Below, piece after piece: positions 37,560 to 50,817 of a stretch of 64,000 bases of DNA. The notes beneath the pieces were generated by a model. That model ran no database searches and was not told where the DNA came from. It worked only from the letters and a program-made list of their open reading frames with translations. Origin of the DNA: Klebsormidium nitens (Eukaryota > Plantae > Klebsormidiophyceae); the NCBI GenBank assembly GCA_000708835.1, contig DF237391.1:12971-76970 (forward strand), given 5' to 3'. Every line of letters starts with the position of its first letter. Positions within the stretch are counted from its first letter, which is position 1. Made by a program: the position numbers and the translations under genes.

Positions 37560-40500
37560 ATGGCCCAGCCTCCACCTGCGAATGCCAGAAGCAAGTACTC
37601 AAGTGTTAACCTCAACCAGTCCTATGGCAAGTCTCAGTCGCAATCGCAGTCGCCCGCGCCGCGGTCGCTTGGCCCACGGGGGTCGGGCGGCATGCTTGTC
37701 ATGGGGAAGGCCAAGACTAGTGGGGGGAAGCTTGTGATTCCAAAGCCTGTGAATCTTCCGTCCCTGAAGAAAGAGCACGCCGGCAATGATCCAACAGTCA
37801 ACCTGGTTGGGTCGTCCAGCGGATCCCTTGGTTGGCTAAAGCAGCAAGAGGAGCAGCGATTAGCGGCAGAGTCCCTCCCGGCACGCCCTGCATCTGCGGG
37901 GGATGCATTGGACCAGCCGAAGAAACCGTTAGACGATTCAGACACCCCGGCACGGATTGGGGCGTATGTGCCTCCCCGTAATTTAGGGTTTTCCAATGGC
38001 TTCCCGCCGCAGCGGCCTGTGATCCTCAGGGAGGAGTTCCCCACGCTCAGTGCGCTAGCGTTCAAGGAAGAGCAAGAGAAGCGGAAGCGGGAGGAGCAAG
38101 CACGGGTGAGGCAGCAGCAACAGGCGGAGCAGGCGAGGAAGCAGAAGGAGTCGCAGAAACAGCAGCAGGAGGGGCCCCATAAGCCGTTGTCGTTGGCAGG
38201 AGACGGTGAGGCCAGCGGTTGTTGATGCTTCCCTTCTTCTGTGCATCCTCGTTTTTGCCTACCACTAGTTGCTCACTTGGTGTTGGGGTCTGGATTTGTT
38301 CCTGTGCTTGGTTGCTGCTTTTGAACGACATGAACCTCAATTGGAAGGAGACCTTTTCCGGAACCTTTCCCATTATGCTCGTAGTTTGGCGATGTTACCA
38401 ATCAGAGCAACAGAAAGCAGATAGGTAGGTAGGTTTCTAGTCAGGAGGCTGGGAATTATTCCACAATGACATGCCTCCACAATCTGCTGGTATGTGCTGT
38501 TAACTGTTATCGCTGGCTTGTAGAACGTTGAAGACCTACTGGAAAGTCTCACAGTCAATCAGAATCGAGAGTTACTCTAGTTGATGAGCTGACAAGGAGG
38601 TCGGGCTTTGTACTGTGTGACCCTTGAAAAGTCATTTAGCCAAAGGACGAATGCATTCAAGGCGCCAACACCACTAGGTTCCTTGTTCTCTTACAAGGTT
38701 TGCATAATTGGGTTTGAAAGGGTTCACTTTATTTGGTGCAAGCCTCTGCAAATGGTACAGTTTGTCGAGGGTGCGTAAATACACAGTTCTGAATGTTTAC
38801 TGGTGTATCTCGACAGGTTTTCTAATTGCATCTTAGAATGGTGTTTACAACCTTTCAGCTGTGCTGCTTTGGTTGCTCGATTTTGCGATGATCACCTGGA
38901 TTGCATAGATTGCATTCCCAATAGGTGCTTGAAGACCCTGTAAGGATGCTGAGTGTGAAAGTGAACTTCCAAAGGAAGGTGCTCTGGTGCTCTTTATTCT
39001 GCAACATTCAGCGATGCTGATTCAGAGTGATGACTGTTCTAGGTGTTGGCGACGACCAGCAGCCCCTCAAACCCCAAACCGCGCCAGCCAAGCTCTCATC
39101 CCCTGAAGAGAAGATAGAAGACACTGGGATAAAACTCCAGCCAGAAGCAGTTGACAAGACCCCCCCAAAGCCGAAGCCAGCGTCCAAGAAATCAAACTTC
39201 AGCTGGGCCGACGACGAGCGCGACACCCCTCCCCCCCTCCCCCCCAGCTTTGCAACCAAGCCAGACGATGAGCGCCCTTGGAGCGGGCCTGCCAGAGGGG
39301 GTTTCGACTCTCGCCTCGGACCAGGCTTCCGGGGGCCCCCGCCTCCTCTTGAGAGGGAGGGCCGCCCAGGGTTCGGCGCGCCGGTGCCTGAGCGGAGGCC
39401 GGTAGTGCCGCGCTTTGACAGCAGTTTCGGGCCGTCGGACAGGGTCCCCTCCGATCGCTTTGAGAGGGACCTCCCGGGCAGGTTTGACCCCCGAGCGCCG
39501 CCACCGCGAGGCCCGCCGGCCTGGGGTGACAGGAGCCCGGTTGGTCCTCCTGGGCGCTTTGACCGTGGTCCTCCCCCGCCAGAGAGGTTTGACCAGCGGG
39601 GACCTCCCCCCCGTCCTGACGTCCGATGGGGACCACAACGGGGCCCCCCCGGTCCCCCTGGACCCCCCGATCGCTTCGACAGGGGCGCACCGCCTCCGGA
39701 CAGGTTTGCTCGTTTCGAACGGGGTGCACCGCCGCAGGAGAGGCAGCCCGATTGGTTCGAGCGGTTCGGCGTGGACAAGGGCCCTGACCGCTGGCGGTCT
39801 GCTCCGCGGGACGATGACTTTGGTCCTCGGAGGGACGTCGTCGGCGCCCCCCGGAGCACGTCCCCTCCCCCTCCGGACGCGGCGCTTCCAGTGAAGCGCG
39901 CGGGGCCAAACTTTGCAAGCGGGCCGCGGCCGTTTCAGGACCGGTCGCTGGAGGACTATGGTCGGATGGGGGTGCCGAAGATGGGGCTGCAGCACGAGGC
40001 GCAGGCCGAGAAGAAGAAGGCAGAGGAGTTTCGGGATCCGGTGAGGGAGGCGTTTGAGGCGGAGCTGGAGCGAGTGTATCAGCAACAGGAAGAGGAGCGG
40101 AGGCGGAAAGAGGACGGGAAGCTGGCGCTGATAGAGGCGGCCAAGAAGGAGCAAGAAGAGGCAGAGCGGAAAGTGAGAGAAGAGGAAGAGAGGGTGGAGC
40201 GGGAGAAGCGCGAGGCGGAGGAGGCGGTCAAACGGGTCGAGCAGGAGAGGCTGGACGGAATCAAGAAGGTGGGGGTGCTCGGCGTGCATGTTGGATTGGT
40301 TTTCTATCAAAAAAGGTCACCCTGCTGCAGGTTCTAGTTGTTTGTTGTGAAGGGTTCTGTTTGTGGCTTTTGCCGGGGCTGTAACCTCGGCGGTTGGGAG
40401 TCATGGCATCACAGAGTTGCATATAGTATCCTAGACTTGAGAGCTTGAGGAAGTGGCTTGCAGGCTCAAACGCGTCAGATTACACTGCTAGCTAAACTAT

Positions 40501-43500
40501 AGTAGTCTGGTATAGCAGCATCTTCTGAGAGGGACAGCAGCGCATCCAATTCCTGCGCAGGTTAGACGGTCATGACGATAGCACATGGCAATTAAGGCTG
40601 TCATTGCGCGAGGGTCCGTATTGAGCTTCTTGCACGTCTTCAATCCGCATCAACTTCTCAGGACAGCGCAGGCATTTGGACATCCGCTTCAATAGATTGT
40701 ATTCATAAACTTGACCGTTCTTCTCCTGGCGTGTGCAGCTTGAAGAAGAGAAGAGGAAGCGAGAAGATGAGAAGAGGGCGGCAGACGAGGCGGAGAAGCA
40801 GCGGGTCGAGAATGCTCGCAAGAAGCTGCAAGAGCTGGAGGAAAGGATTGCTCGACGAGAACTTGAGCGGAAGCAAAAGGAGGAGGAGGATGCACGGAAG
40901 AAGGTTGAAGAAGAGGAGGCTCAGAAGAGAGCAGAGGAGGAGGCAAAGCGGGAGGAGGAGAGGCAACGAGTTGCAGAGGAGAAGAGGGTGAGCATTGCGC
41001 CTCTGCTGAGAATCCTGCTTTCTTGGCTGTCGCACAATTCTAATCTGCTCTTTTGAAAGGTCAGAGTTTGCTTTGGCTAGAGGATTTTTCTTGTTGCAGT
41101 TGTAAGTGAGGGTCTGAGCTGGTACAGTGGTAAGGCTGAATGGTGTCTTTCGTGCCAACTACTGAAGAATCAATTGTGAGAAGCCATCGTGTCTGCAAAA
41201 AGAGGGGCCTGACCTGTGCACAAGGGCGCTTGCGATCGGTCTCTGCCTCTGACTTGACCCATGTTCGTGGTACCGGGTACTAAAGAGCAGTTTGGTCTCA
41301 GACGATTCCATAAAGCTTTCTTGGGTGACAGATACTGGACATTGAATTGACAGGTTACTTGAATATTTTCAGCGAGGTATGTTCACGTTCTTTGCCAGAC
41401 AATGAAAAAGTTATCGCTTTTTGCACAGCCACTCTTTTTCTTAGTATTGTGGCGTCCTTGGCCTCACTGGTCTGGTTGCAGGTAAAGAAAGACATCTATC
41501 TGCTCTTACTGTGGCTTAGTAAAAGTCGTTTGATGCTTGATGTTTGATGTTGCATGAAACGCGCTGATGCTCGTGAGGGCTTAACCGGCCGGTTCTGCAG
41601 CAAGCTGGAAGCCTGACTAGGTCCCCACAGTTGATTTGTTTTGCTAAAGGCTAGGAGGAAGATGGTTATGATTCACTGTATTCTTGTGATTGCTGCAGGC
41701 CAAGGACGAGGCAGAGAGGAAAGCCCGTGAAGCTGCCGAGCGCAAGCAGCGAGAAGAGGAGCAGAAGCGCCGCGAGGAGGAGGATGCGCGCCGCCGGGAA
41801 CGGGAGCCCCCCCTCCGGCCGCCCCCNNNNNNNNNNNNNNNNNNNNNNNNNNNNNNNNNNNNNNNNNNNNNNNNNNNNNNNNNNNNNNNNNNNNNNNNNN
41901 NNNNNNNNNNNNNNNNNNNNNNNNNNNNNNNNNNNNNNNNNNNNNNNNNNNNNNNNNNNNNNNNNNNNNNNNNNNNNNNNNNNNNNNNNNNNNNNNNNNN
42001 NNNNNNNNNNNNNNNNNNNNNNNNNNNNNNNNNNNNNNNNNNNNNNNNNNNNNNNNNNNNNNNNNNNNNNNNNNNNNNNNNNNNNNNNNNNNNNNNNNNN
42101 NNNNNNNNNNNNNNNNNNNNNNNNNNNNNNNNNNNNNNNNNNNNNNNNNNNNNNNNNNNNNNNNNNNNNNAAGGCTTCTACGATCAGCCCCCCCGCGGGA
42201 TGCTAAACGGGCCCATGCCTCGCGGGCCAATCCGCGCAGACTTCCGCCCGCCTCCGCCGCAGGGGGGCAAGCGTGACTTCTCCGGCAGCTGGCGCAGGGA
42301 GGGGGGGGAAGCGGTGGGGCCGAAGCACCCAGGGCGGGGAGACATGGGACTGCCGTATGGAATCCGTGCAGAGGGGGTCCTGGGGGGGAGGGGCCGGGGG
42401 AGGGGAGTGGAGGACCGGCGCCCGAGGGGGGGTGGGCGAGGAGGGATGGGCGTGGGGCCTGGGAGAGGGCCCCCCACACCCGATCGGGATTGGTCGTGGC
42501 GGGCTCCTGAGAGTGCGGGTGTGCCGGGGCAAAGCATGCCTACTCAGGAACGGAAGGTCGGCGAGGAAGCTGTTGCTGCCAAGGTCGTTGAGGCGGAGGG
42601 CGTGAGCAAAGACTCGTTGCCAGAGGGAAAAGCAGTAAGTGCTGAGGGCACGAGAGCAGAGGTGGGGGCGCCAGCACTGCCAGCTGACAACAGCCAAGTC
42701 AAGCAGTCCGTTCGCTCCGAGCACCTTCCCCAGGATCACGATTCCCGGCGGCAGCAGCAAGGAGCGGTGTCATTCACGCACCCCCCCAAGCTGGACACCC
42801 AGTCACTCCCTCAGCTCAACTTCATGGCTTCACAACTGTCGCCTGGCTTCCCGCCCCCCACCTTGCAGTTTGGCCTCCCCCAGACCCCCCGGACGCTGAA
42901 TGCGGCCAGCCAGCAAGTAAGCCTCGCGCCCGAGGTGCTCCAGGCGCTCTCCAAGTACTCGCACCACTCAGACTCGCAGAAGCTGATTGAGCAAGTCACG
43001 CAGCGCCAGCCAAAGGAGCAGCTGCCAGTGGAAGCGCGCCAGGTGGCGGCGCCAGAGCCGACACAAGAGGGGCTCGAGAAGCCAGCTCAGCAGGCTGCGC
43101 CCCCGCTGCCTCCCCCCCAGAACGCGTGGGTGGCGCGGCAAGCGGCCGCCCTGGCCGCCGCTGCAAAAGAGAGCGTGCCCCCACCCCAGGAGACAAAGCC
43201 GTCGAGAGCCCCCCCCGGGAAAGATACGCACAGGGAAGTGGTGAACGCTACGTCAGGTCAGCAGCCGCCCCGGGTGGCACAACACTGGCAGCAGGGGGGT
43301 GTGGCAGAGAGTGGGGGGGAGAATGTTGGAGGAGCAGGGTTGCTGGGGTCGGGAGACGTTGCCTGGGGGCAGCGCCCTGCCGCAACGACACCTGGCAGAG
43401 GCAAGGGGGGAGCACAGGGAGGAAACCGGGGCCGCGGCCGGGGGCCAGCTCCAGGCATGGGACGTGGAGGCGCTGGTGAGTTGCCTTTGGAAGTAAAGTT

Positions 43501-46500
43501 TTGAGGTGTCAACGCGTTAGCAGTGCTTTGCCAAGCACCATGGAAGACTCCTTTGTTGTGGATCTTGCTATGTTGCAGCTGGTTGGAAGGGCTTTGTATG
43601 GGGACCCGCTTTTCATGGAGCCCAACTTGGTAAACGGTAACATCAGTTCTTCTTTTAGGGGCATTGCTCTTTGAGAGAAGTATTGGGTGTAGGCCCCTTG
43701 TGTCGTCCACGCACTCTTTGAGTTAGCTTGTTCTTTTCAACCTGCTTTAGAGGCCTCCTATCCGGCTTCAGGTCACTTAGATGCTGTTCCCCTAGATTGT
43801 AAAAGTCTAAGGGCCCCCATCTATCTCCTCACTACGGTGTGCATCTCCCTGCTAAACCTCATGTGATTCGCCTTCAGGCGACGGCACAACAAATGACGGA
43901 CCGATCGAGGGCCCAGGTCGCGGCCGGGGGCCTCGGGGCCGTGGAGGAGCACCCCCCCACCAGAGACAAAACCACCCAGAGCACTCCCCCCAGCAGCGGC
44001 TCCCACAGGTGGCAGGCCCAACCGGATGGGGTCCAAAGCCGGCAGACAGCGACGGGATGCCCAGTGCAACTGGCTGGGGAGAAGCACAGCCGCAGTCGAT
44101 TCTCGGTCAGCCGCCAGCTGGCAAGCGGAGCGCTGAGGACGATTTGGACATTGATGAGCTGCAGAGCGGCGTGTTTGGGCAGCAGGCAGGGGGGGAGTCG
44201 GTGGAGGCGCGGGGGGGAAGGAGGAAGGAGGAGAAGAAGGAGCGGGGCAAGGGGCCGCAGGTGAGGAAGACATCTTGAAGCAAGTTGGCATCTTTTCGTG
44301 GTGAAAGAACGCCCCACCCCCGTCCATGATGATTTTTTTAGTGATGGCGCCATCGTGCGCCTTTGAGTCTCTTTCTTGAAGGCATCCCAAGAGCAAATGA
44401 GAGGGGTCGGGCAGGCGCCACGATTTCTTGGAAGTAGACTACAAGTCGCAGAAAGCTTGGTGCATCGAAATAAAGTCATAAAAGAGCTCTAGGCTGCCCA
44501 TAAAGCGGTGCTATGTCGATCTTGCAAAAGGTTGGCCGTTGGTTGGGTCGTTTTCTGTTGGGAACGATGTGGACAGATGTTGTGCTCTCTGAGGAGGACA
44601 AAAATAATGCGTCAGTAACAGCATGATTTGCAAATCTAACGAAGCCCCTCTGGTCTTTCAGCCGGGCAAGGGTCCATCCTCGTCGGACCTGCGCTCAGAC
44701 GCCCGCCAAAGCTTGCGACCTGGCGGTCAGGACGCTGCACCTCGCAAGGTCCCCGCATCGGCTACTACGGCAATGGGCGAGTTGCGGCCACCAGTAAGCA
44801 TGATTTCAGAAGAGAAGCAGACGACCGCTCAACCGACGATCACGTTTGGAGCGCAATCGCCGATGCAAGTGGCCTCGTCTCGCGCCGGGTGAGGAGGTTT
44901 GGACGTCTTGACTGCTTTGTCAGTGCGAGTTGGGTCTTGCAGATTAAGCTGACTTCACAAATGTAGCCGCTTGAAAGTTTCTATTGCTGCTCAGCGCTGA
45001 CTGGGCAGGCTGGATAGGACAGTCCAGAGTACAAAAACCTGAACATTTATGAATCAGAGAGACTTTAAGGGGACCAATGAGGAGATGCCTTCTGCTCAGG
45101 ATCGCTGTTCTTTTGCGTATCTCTTGGCTTAAGGTCTCTGCTTTGCCCTCCATGTCTTTCTAAAAGACTGATGGCTCCTTTCCAAGTTTCTGATGGATCG
45201 CCTTGCCCGCTTCCTGCAGCCAAAAGGAGACTGGCTTTCCCATGCCCCACCCTGAGGCTGCACAGAAGGGTCCCAGTGCGGGCCTCAATGTCTGGGGCGG
45301 CGCTCACTCTACGCTGCAGGTAAGGATACATTTCTCATAGTCGCCCACGATGAAAGTATGTTGCTCTTCCCAGTTGAATCGCGTAGGGAGGCCGGTGCAT
45401 TGAAGCGGAAGACCTTTAGCAGGACTTGTGGACTCCTTGATCCGTGCGAGTTGACGGCGGTGCCAAGTACGTGTTATCGCCGCAAGGGGAACACGTTGAT
45501 CCAGTAACGCAAGCTGGCATGTTGCCGACCCCCTCCTTGGCACCAGCGCCTGATGTAGACAGCGTAAAAGATCACGAGAAGGATAAGTTCCTGAGGTTTG
45601 GCTTCATATAAATCAAACAGAGAGGTCTTAATCAAGTGGGCGTTGAAACCCTTTGTCTCCCTTGCAGGCCATCAACCTGTCCCAGATGCAGCTCGACAAC
45701 GCGATGCGCCAGCACGAGTACGACAATTTGCCCACCACGCTTGGGCTCGAGGCGGACCCCAAGCACTTCTCGCAGGGGGGTCCCCACCTGCCCATTCCCA
45801 TCCCCCTGCAAGGCAACAACTTCACCTTCGGCGCGCTCAGTCCCACCCAACTCCCCCCCCATCCCGGAACCGGCCCGCTCTTACCCCCCGAAGCAAAGAA
45901 AGACATTGTCGGTGCAGCGGGGGGGCCATTTGCCAAGCGGAACAGGGGGGGCGAGCACGTCTCAGAGGACGACGATGGGCCGGAGGATAAGGAGGCGGAA
46001 GCGGCGGCGTCGGCAATCGCAGCAGCGGCCATCGGAGACAGCGAGTCTGAACAGGAGGGGCGGATTCTCAATGTGGGGAAGAAACGGCAGGGCAGCGAGG
46101 GGGGCGCCGACGCACTCCCGGCGGACCTGTCGGTGGATGCGGTGGAGGAAGGGGAGGGCGACGTGCGGCAGCAGCACATGCCGAACGGGCCGCCGATGAT
46201 GCAGCAGCCGGGGGGGCCCTTCGCTGGTAGGACGTTGTGCCACTCTTGCTGGGAGGGGCTCTCTTTACATTTTGTGAACTCTGGCGGCGATGTTTGCCAA
46301 GTCTTGAGTGTGTCGAGAGGTTCGGGCGATGCCGCTTTCCTGTCAAGCTTCTGGCTAGGGTTTCAAAAGCGAAAATGGGTGTTTCGTGGGGAGAAGTGGT
46401 CGTGTGACGGGCGACAGTTCCTAAGAGAGCCTAGCTCTGTGCAACGTGTGTATCATCTTTGTCCATACTTGAATTCTCCATCACTTCGTGGAGGGCAACA

Positions 46501-48929
46501 GCGTTCCTTGCTTTCCTTTGTTTTCCCTCCCGTAGAATAACCATAATCCATGCTGGCGTCTTCGTTACGACAGCCAAGCCGAATCATGCATCCGACCGAG
46601 AGCTCATGTATTCGGAACCATGGCCCCGTGAAAAAAACCGGACTCTAATGTGACGTCAGCAAGACACCCGACCTCAAGCTGACGTCGGCAAGAAGCCGAA
46701 CCTCAATCTGACGACAGCAACTCGCTTCTCTTCAGGCCACCCGGGTGGCGGCCCGCAGAGCTTCTCCCCCGAGGCGCTGCAGGCGATGGCAGAACGCGGC
46801 CAGGTGCCTGGGCCTGGATGGGCGCCTTCGATGCACCCGCAGCAGTTCTCCATGGGGATGGACTCCTTTTTCGGACCCCCGCCCCAGGGGGGCTTCCCCG
46901 GGGCGTTCATGAACCGGCCAGGCCAGGTGAGGGGTTGGCGAGTGAACATAAACGTGCAATCTTTCACATCTTGCGTATACAAATCTGGAAGGAGTACGGC
47001 GGAGTGCTTATGGATTTATCATTTTGGAGCCAGAGACGTGATTGGGTAGCGATGTTGAGTCCTACTAACCTAGATTTCGCGGTGTATAATTCCTTGTGTG
47101 CGGCACTCGAACTTCTCTACTGGAACCTTTGTTCGACAAGATGTGCTTGCCAAGTTTTTGGTTGGCGGGAACCTAGATCGCTTTTTGGGTAGAGGGCGAG
47201 TACAACTCTACTCGCAGCCTAGCCGTGGTTTATCAGTCGACAGACTTCGTTCTATCACTGCTCTAAAGACTTTTTTCGAGGCTTACGGCGAGAACGAACT
47301 CTGGAGCTGAATGAAATGTTCTCTAGGCAAATCCGTCTACCCGCATGTGCAGAGGTCAAACCCTTTCGACTCATCTCTTTGTTGAGCTTTGAGCCTATTG
47401 AAGTACAAATTCCTGATTTTCCCGTCCTCTCGTACCGCAGAACCACATGATGATGTACAACCACCCCTTCGGCCCCGTGGGCCAGTTCGGGCAACTAGGC
47501 ATGGGCTTCATGAACCCCGGTTACCTGCCCACCGGCAAGCAGCCCGACTGGAAGCACACCCCCCCTGCGGAGGGCGCCCCCGGTTCGGGGGGGCGGGACT
47601 CCCCCCCACAGCACCAGCAGCAGAGGGCCCTGTCCCAGGGTCCGCCGAGCTCGGCGCCAGGCAGCGGGCAGCGCAACTTTGCGCCAGGGGCGGTCGCGAG
47701 GCCTCAGGGGCCGTTTGAGGGGGTGCACAATCCGTTCCAGGTAGGACGCCTATGACGACCATTCTGTGTGGAACGGTCACAGACTCTGAACGTGGGCCGC
47801 TTGTATCCTACTTTTTGGTTGCTGGGTTCAGTGCTTTCGGTCTCCTGCTGGACATGCCAAAGTTCTAGGCTAACGAATCCCCCCCTTTTTCGTGAAGGTC
47901 GTGCACAGCAATCAATCATTGTGCTTTCGAAGATGTAATTGCTGTTGTACCAGTGTCACTATCAGTCCTTTTGCTTCGTCGATACACACAAGCTCCCCTT
48001 GATACTAGCTTGCATGATACTAACATCTGAAGCTCGCGTCAGGTTCTTCTGACATCACAAGCATTTGAGCTGACACCACAGACTGCCTCCCTGCAGAATC
48101 TGGGACCGGACCCTGGTCCTTGGGCGCACATGGGCCGCCCCCCCCACAGCCCGCAACACCCCCCCCACATGCAAGGGGCGCCCTTCTTCAACGCCATGCT
48201 CCAGCAGCAACAATTCGGCGAGGGGGGGATCCCCCTGCCGCCGCACTCCCTCGAGGGGGGCATGCCACCCTTTGCCGATTTGCAGAAGCCGCAGGGGGGG
48301 GCCAGCAGCCGCAGCGAAAGCGTGCACAGCGACCCTGCCGCGCAGTTCCCCGACGAGCTGGGTCTCGGGGACTGGCCGACGCCGAACTTTCCGCAGCAGG
48401 GGGTTCCGCCCCGGCAGGGGGGCCACCAGAACAAGGGCCCGCGAGGGGGGGGGACGTAGACGAACAGGGTGCGTCGCGGCGGGGGGGTGTGGTGAGGACG
48501 GTCCAGAGGCCCAGGAGGGGCGGGGGGCGAGGGGGCAGAGGGGGAGGTAACGGAGCCGGGAACCAAGACAAGGGCGACGGGAACGTAAACGGAGGAAGAG
48601 ACAGGGGGCAGCAGCAGCCGGGGGGGGGCAATCCGAGGCAACAAACCGAGCAAGGGCCGCACCGAGGAGGGCGGGGGGGTCAGGGGAGAGGGCCAGTTGC
48701 GGGCCAGGGGCCGCAGCGGGGGGCTGCGTCGGGGTCGAGGAGGGGTGGGGGGAGAATGGGTGGCGGGGAACGGCCGCCCGCAGCGAACGGGGGAGTTGCA
48801 CCCGGAGGCGGTAATGCAGCCGCTCGCGAGGCAGCCAAGGTGAAGCAGGTGTACGTGGCAAAGCAGGGGGCCGCCGCGCCACTGCCGAGGAAGGAAGGGC
48901 CGGCCGGGGGGCGCCAGCAAAGCGTCTGA
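37560..48929 (+). CDS. PRRC2/BAT2-like low-complexity protein (plant-type), multi-exon
   Basis: N-terminal KYSSVNLNQSYG, GGMLVM, IPKPVNLPSLKKEH (BAT2-N-like); R/G/P/D-rich repeats; E/K/R coiled coils; SQMQLDNAM...FTFGALSPT; MMMYNHPFGPVGQFGQ...GKQPDWKH; C-terminal KVKQVYVAKQ. I recall these blocks from a land-plant family. Contains the N gap and a frameshift at a G9 run (48445-48453). Confidence 0.78.
41827..42170. other. Assembly gap (344 N) inside a GC-rich exon
   Basis: Run of n in the sequence. Confidence 1.
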
Positions 48930-50817
48930 GATGCGAGTGGTGGGCGATCGGAGAAAACTTGTCGACTGCTGGGGTTCGAAGTTCGACAGAGTTGAGGGAA
49001 TTGTAGTACTTTTCGTGGATGTGAAAAGGCTAAAGCAAGGGGAATGCCAAGGAATGTCGTTCTGGTCATCTGATCGTGATGCTTTACAGAAAAGCAAGCT
49101 TACATCGACCTTGCGTGGAAAGTTTTATGCGCTTTCCCAAGCGGAGACACAGAGAGGCGTTGGCCAAAGAGCAAGTGCCGGAAAATGGATTATCGTGGGA
49201 TGTAAGCCTGGAGGGATGGGCTGACCAGGGGTTCAGCCGATGGGTTGGTGATACTGACGGAAAAGTTACTTTGAGATGTTGGGCGCCGCAGCCGAACTTG
49301 GGACGAGGTCAGCTGCAGGCAAGCGACGCGCCGGATGGGATCACTCGATTCTGCGTGGCTGTTAGAACTAGGGTAGCTTTCGTAGACGTGGAGAGATTTG
49401 AACTTAGCAGGCGGGATTAGGGCAGGCGCCCGCACTGCTGGCACACGAAACCGGGGGGTGGCACAAGATATTTCCAGCCAATCACATGAGCTGCTATACG
49501 CTGCTATACGCAAGCTCTTCATCCCGAACTCTCCTCTTGGTTTCTGAGGCCGTGGCTGAGGTTCTTCCAAGACAGTCACGCGCCAGATCAAGGACTCTAA
49601 AGCAAACGTACTCCCGATCTCGAACTGGAACCGTATCTTGCTTGGAAGCTTGCGGGTTTGCTGTGGATTGAAAGTTGGCCGGTTCTAATTATGCACTGGG
49701 GCATTTGTCGTGTAGCAAACATTGAAGCGAATTGGAAAGTTCTCACATTGAGCCCGCCAACATGATCGCAGTCGTATATGTTGCATAGTGCATGTATGTG
49801 CCTCCTGGTGAAGATTAGTATCATGTACAATGTACAATCCGATGTCGGAAGTTTCAATGCTTGCATGGCCAAGTCATAACTCTGGTTCTTTGCGCAGCCA
49901 GCTGGTACCTGCATAATATGCACATGAGAGCTTAAGTTATATAACCGTCACTGAACTGCCTTAAGCCGTATACTTGCTGCTTGGGACGCGGCCGGAGATT
50001 AAGTCCCTTGCAGATCCGACGTTTGCATGCGTCGACTGCAAACCCAAACCCCCGGCCACTGGCGACGCGCAACTGCATGTACGCGATCGTTGATCATGAT
50101 ACGATCACATGGCGCATGATTCCGAACCTTTGATTTATCGACGCGCGAGCATATTGCATGTCTGAACATTGCAATCATGAGAACACGTTTGATTATCAAT
50201 CATTCGAACAAGCTACAAAGTGATGTTGAATTGTAAACTCGTTTTTCCTCATTAGATGACGACGACACACTCGCCGTTGCATTCACGCGTATACGCTGAC
50301 TCATATGTGATTGTAACATGTAGACATGTAACCAGGCTGCAAAGTGTCCCAGCAGCGAACCAGCAAAACAGCAGGCTCGAAAACATTGACTTTGCTTCTG
50401 CTCTAGTTGCAGCCTGATATGTGCAGTCTGGTCATTGGCACTAAGTGTATGTAAACTAATCTTGATCTAGTCGGTCTTGGTTTAGAAGCTAACACTACAT
50501 ATAAAGGCACAAGTCTTTACTTCTAAAAAGCTAACCTGCTTTCTTCAATCTGGTATCCTGCCATCTACCACTGCCTACTTACTCGGCATCGATTGTACAT
50601 GGTATCGAGTGTTTGTGCTAGTCTATCCTGCATCATTGATACAAGCTGATCCTAGCAGAGCTCTTTTAACAAACACTACTCCGGGCTTATCATCTCACTG
50701 GGAGTGAGCTAACTTCACCTTCCTAAACCTAGGTTTGGCTACCTCCTGACTAATGTCTAGCCCGCCTGCTTTCAGCCAGCCAACTCGTCTTCATCTGTTT
50801 CCTACTTGGACGGCTGT

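Noticed and set aside
39008-40310. Long minus-strand ORFs opposite the PRRC2-like exon
   Set aside because: Antisense to a low-complexity GC-rich coding exon.
49000-50750. Hidden gene or element in the PRRC2-lipase intergenic region
   Set aside because: Only short ORFs without motifs and scattered 6-10 bp palindromes; no TIR/TSD or RNA-gene structure recognised.
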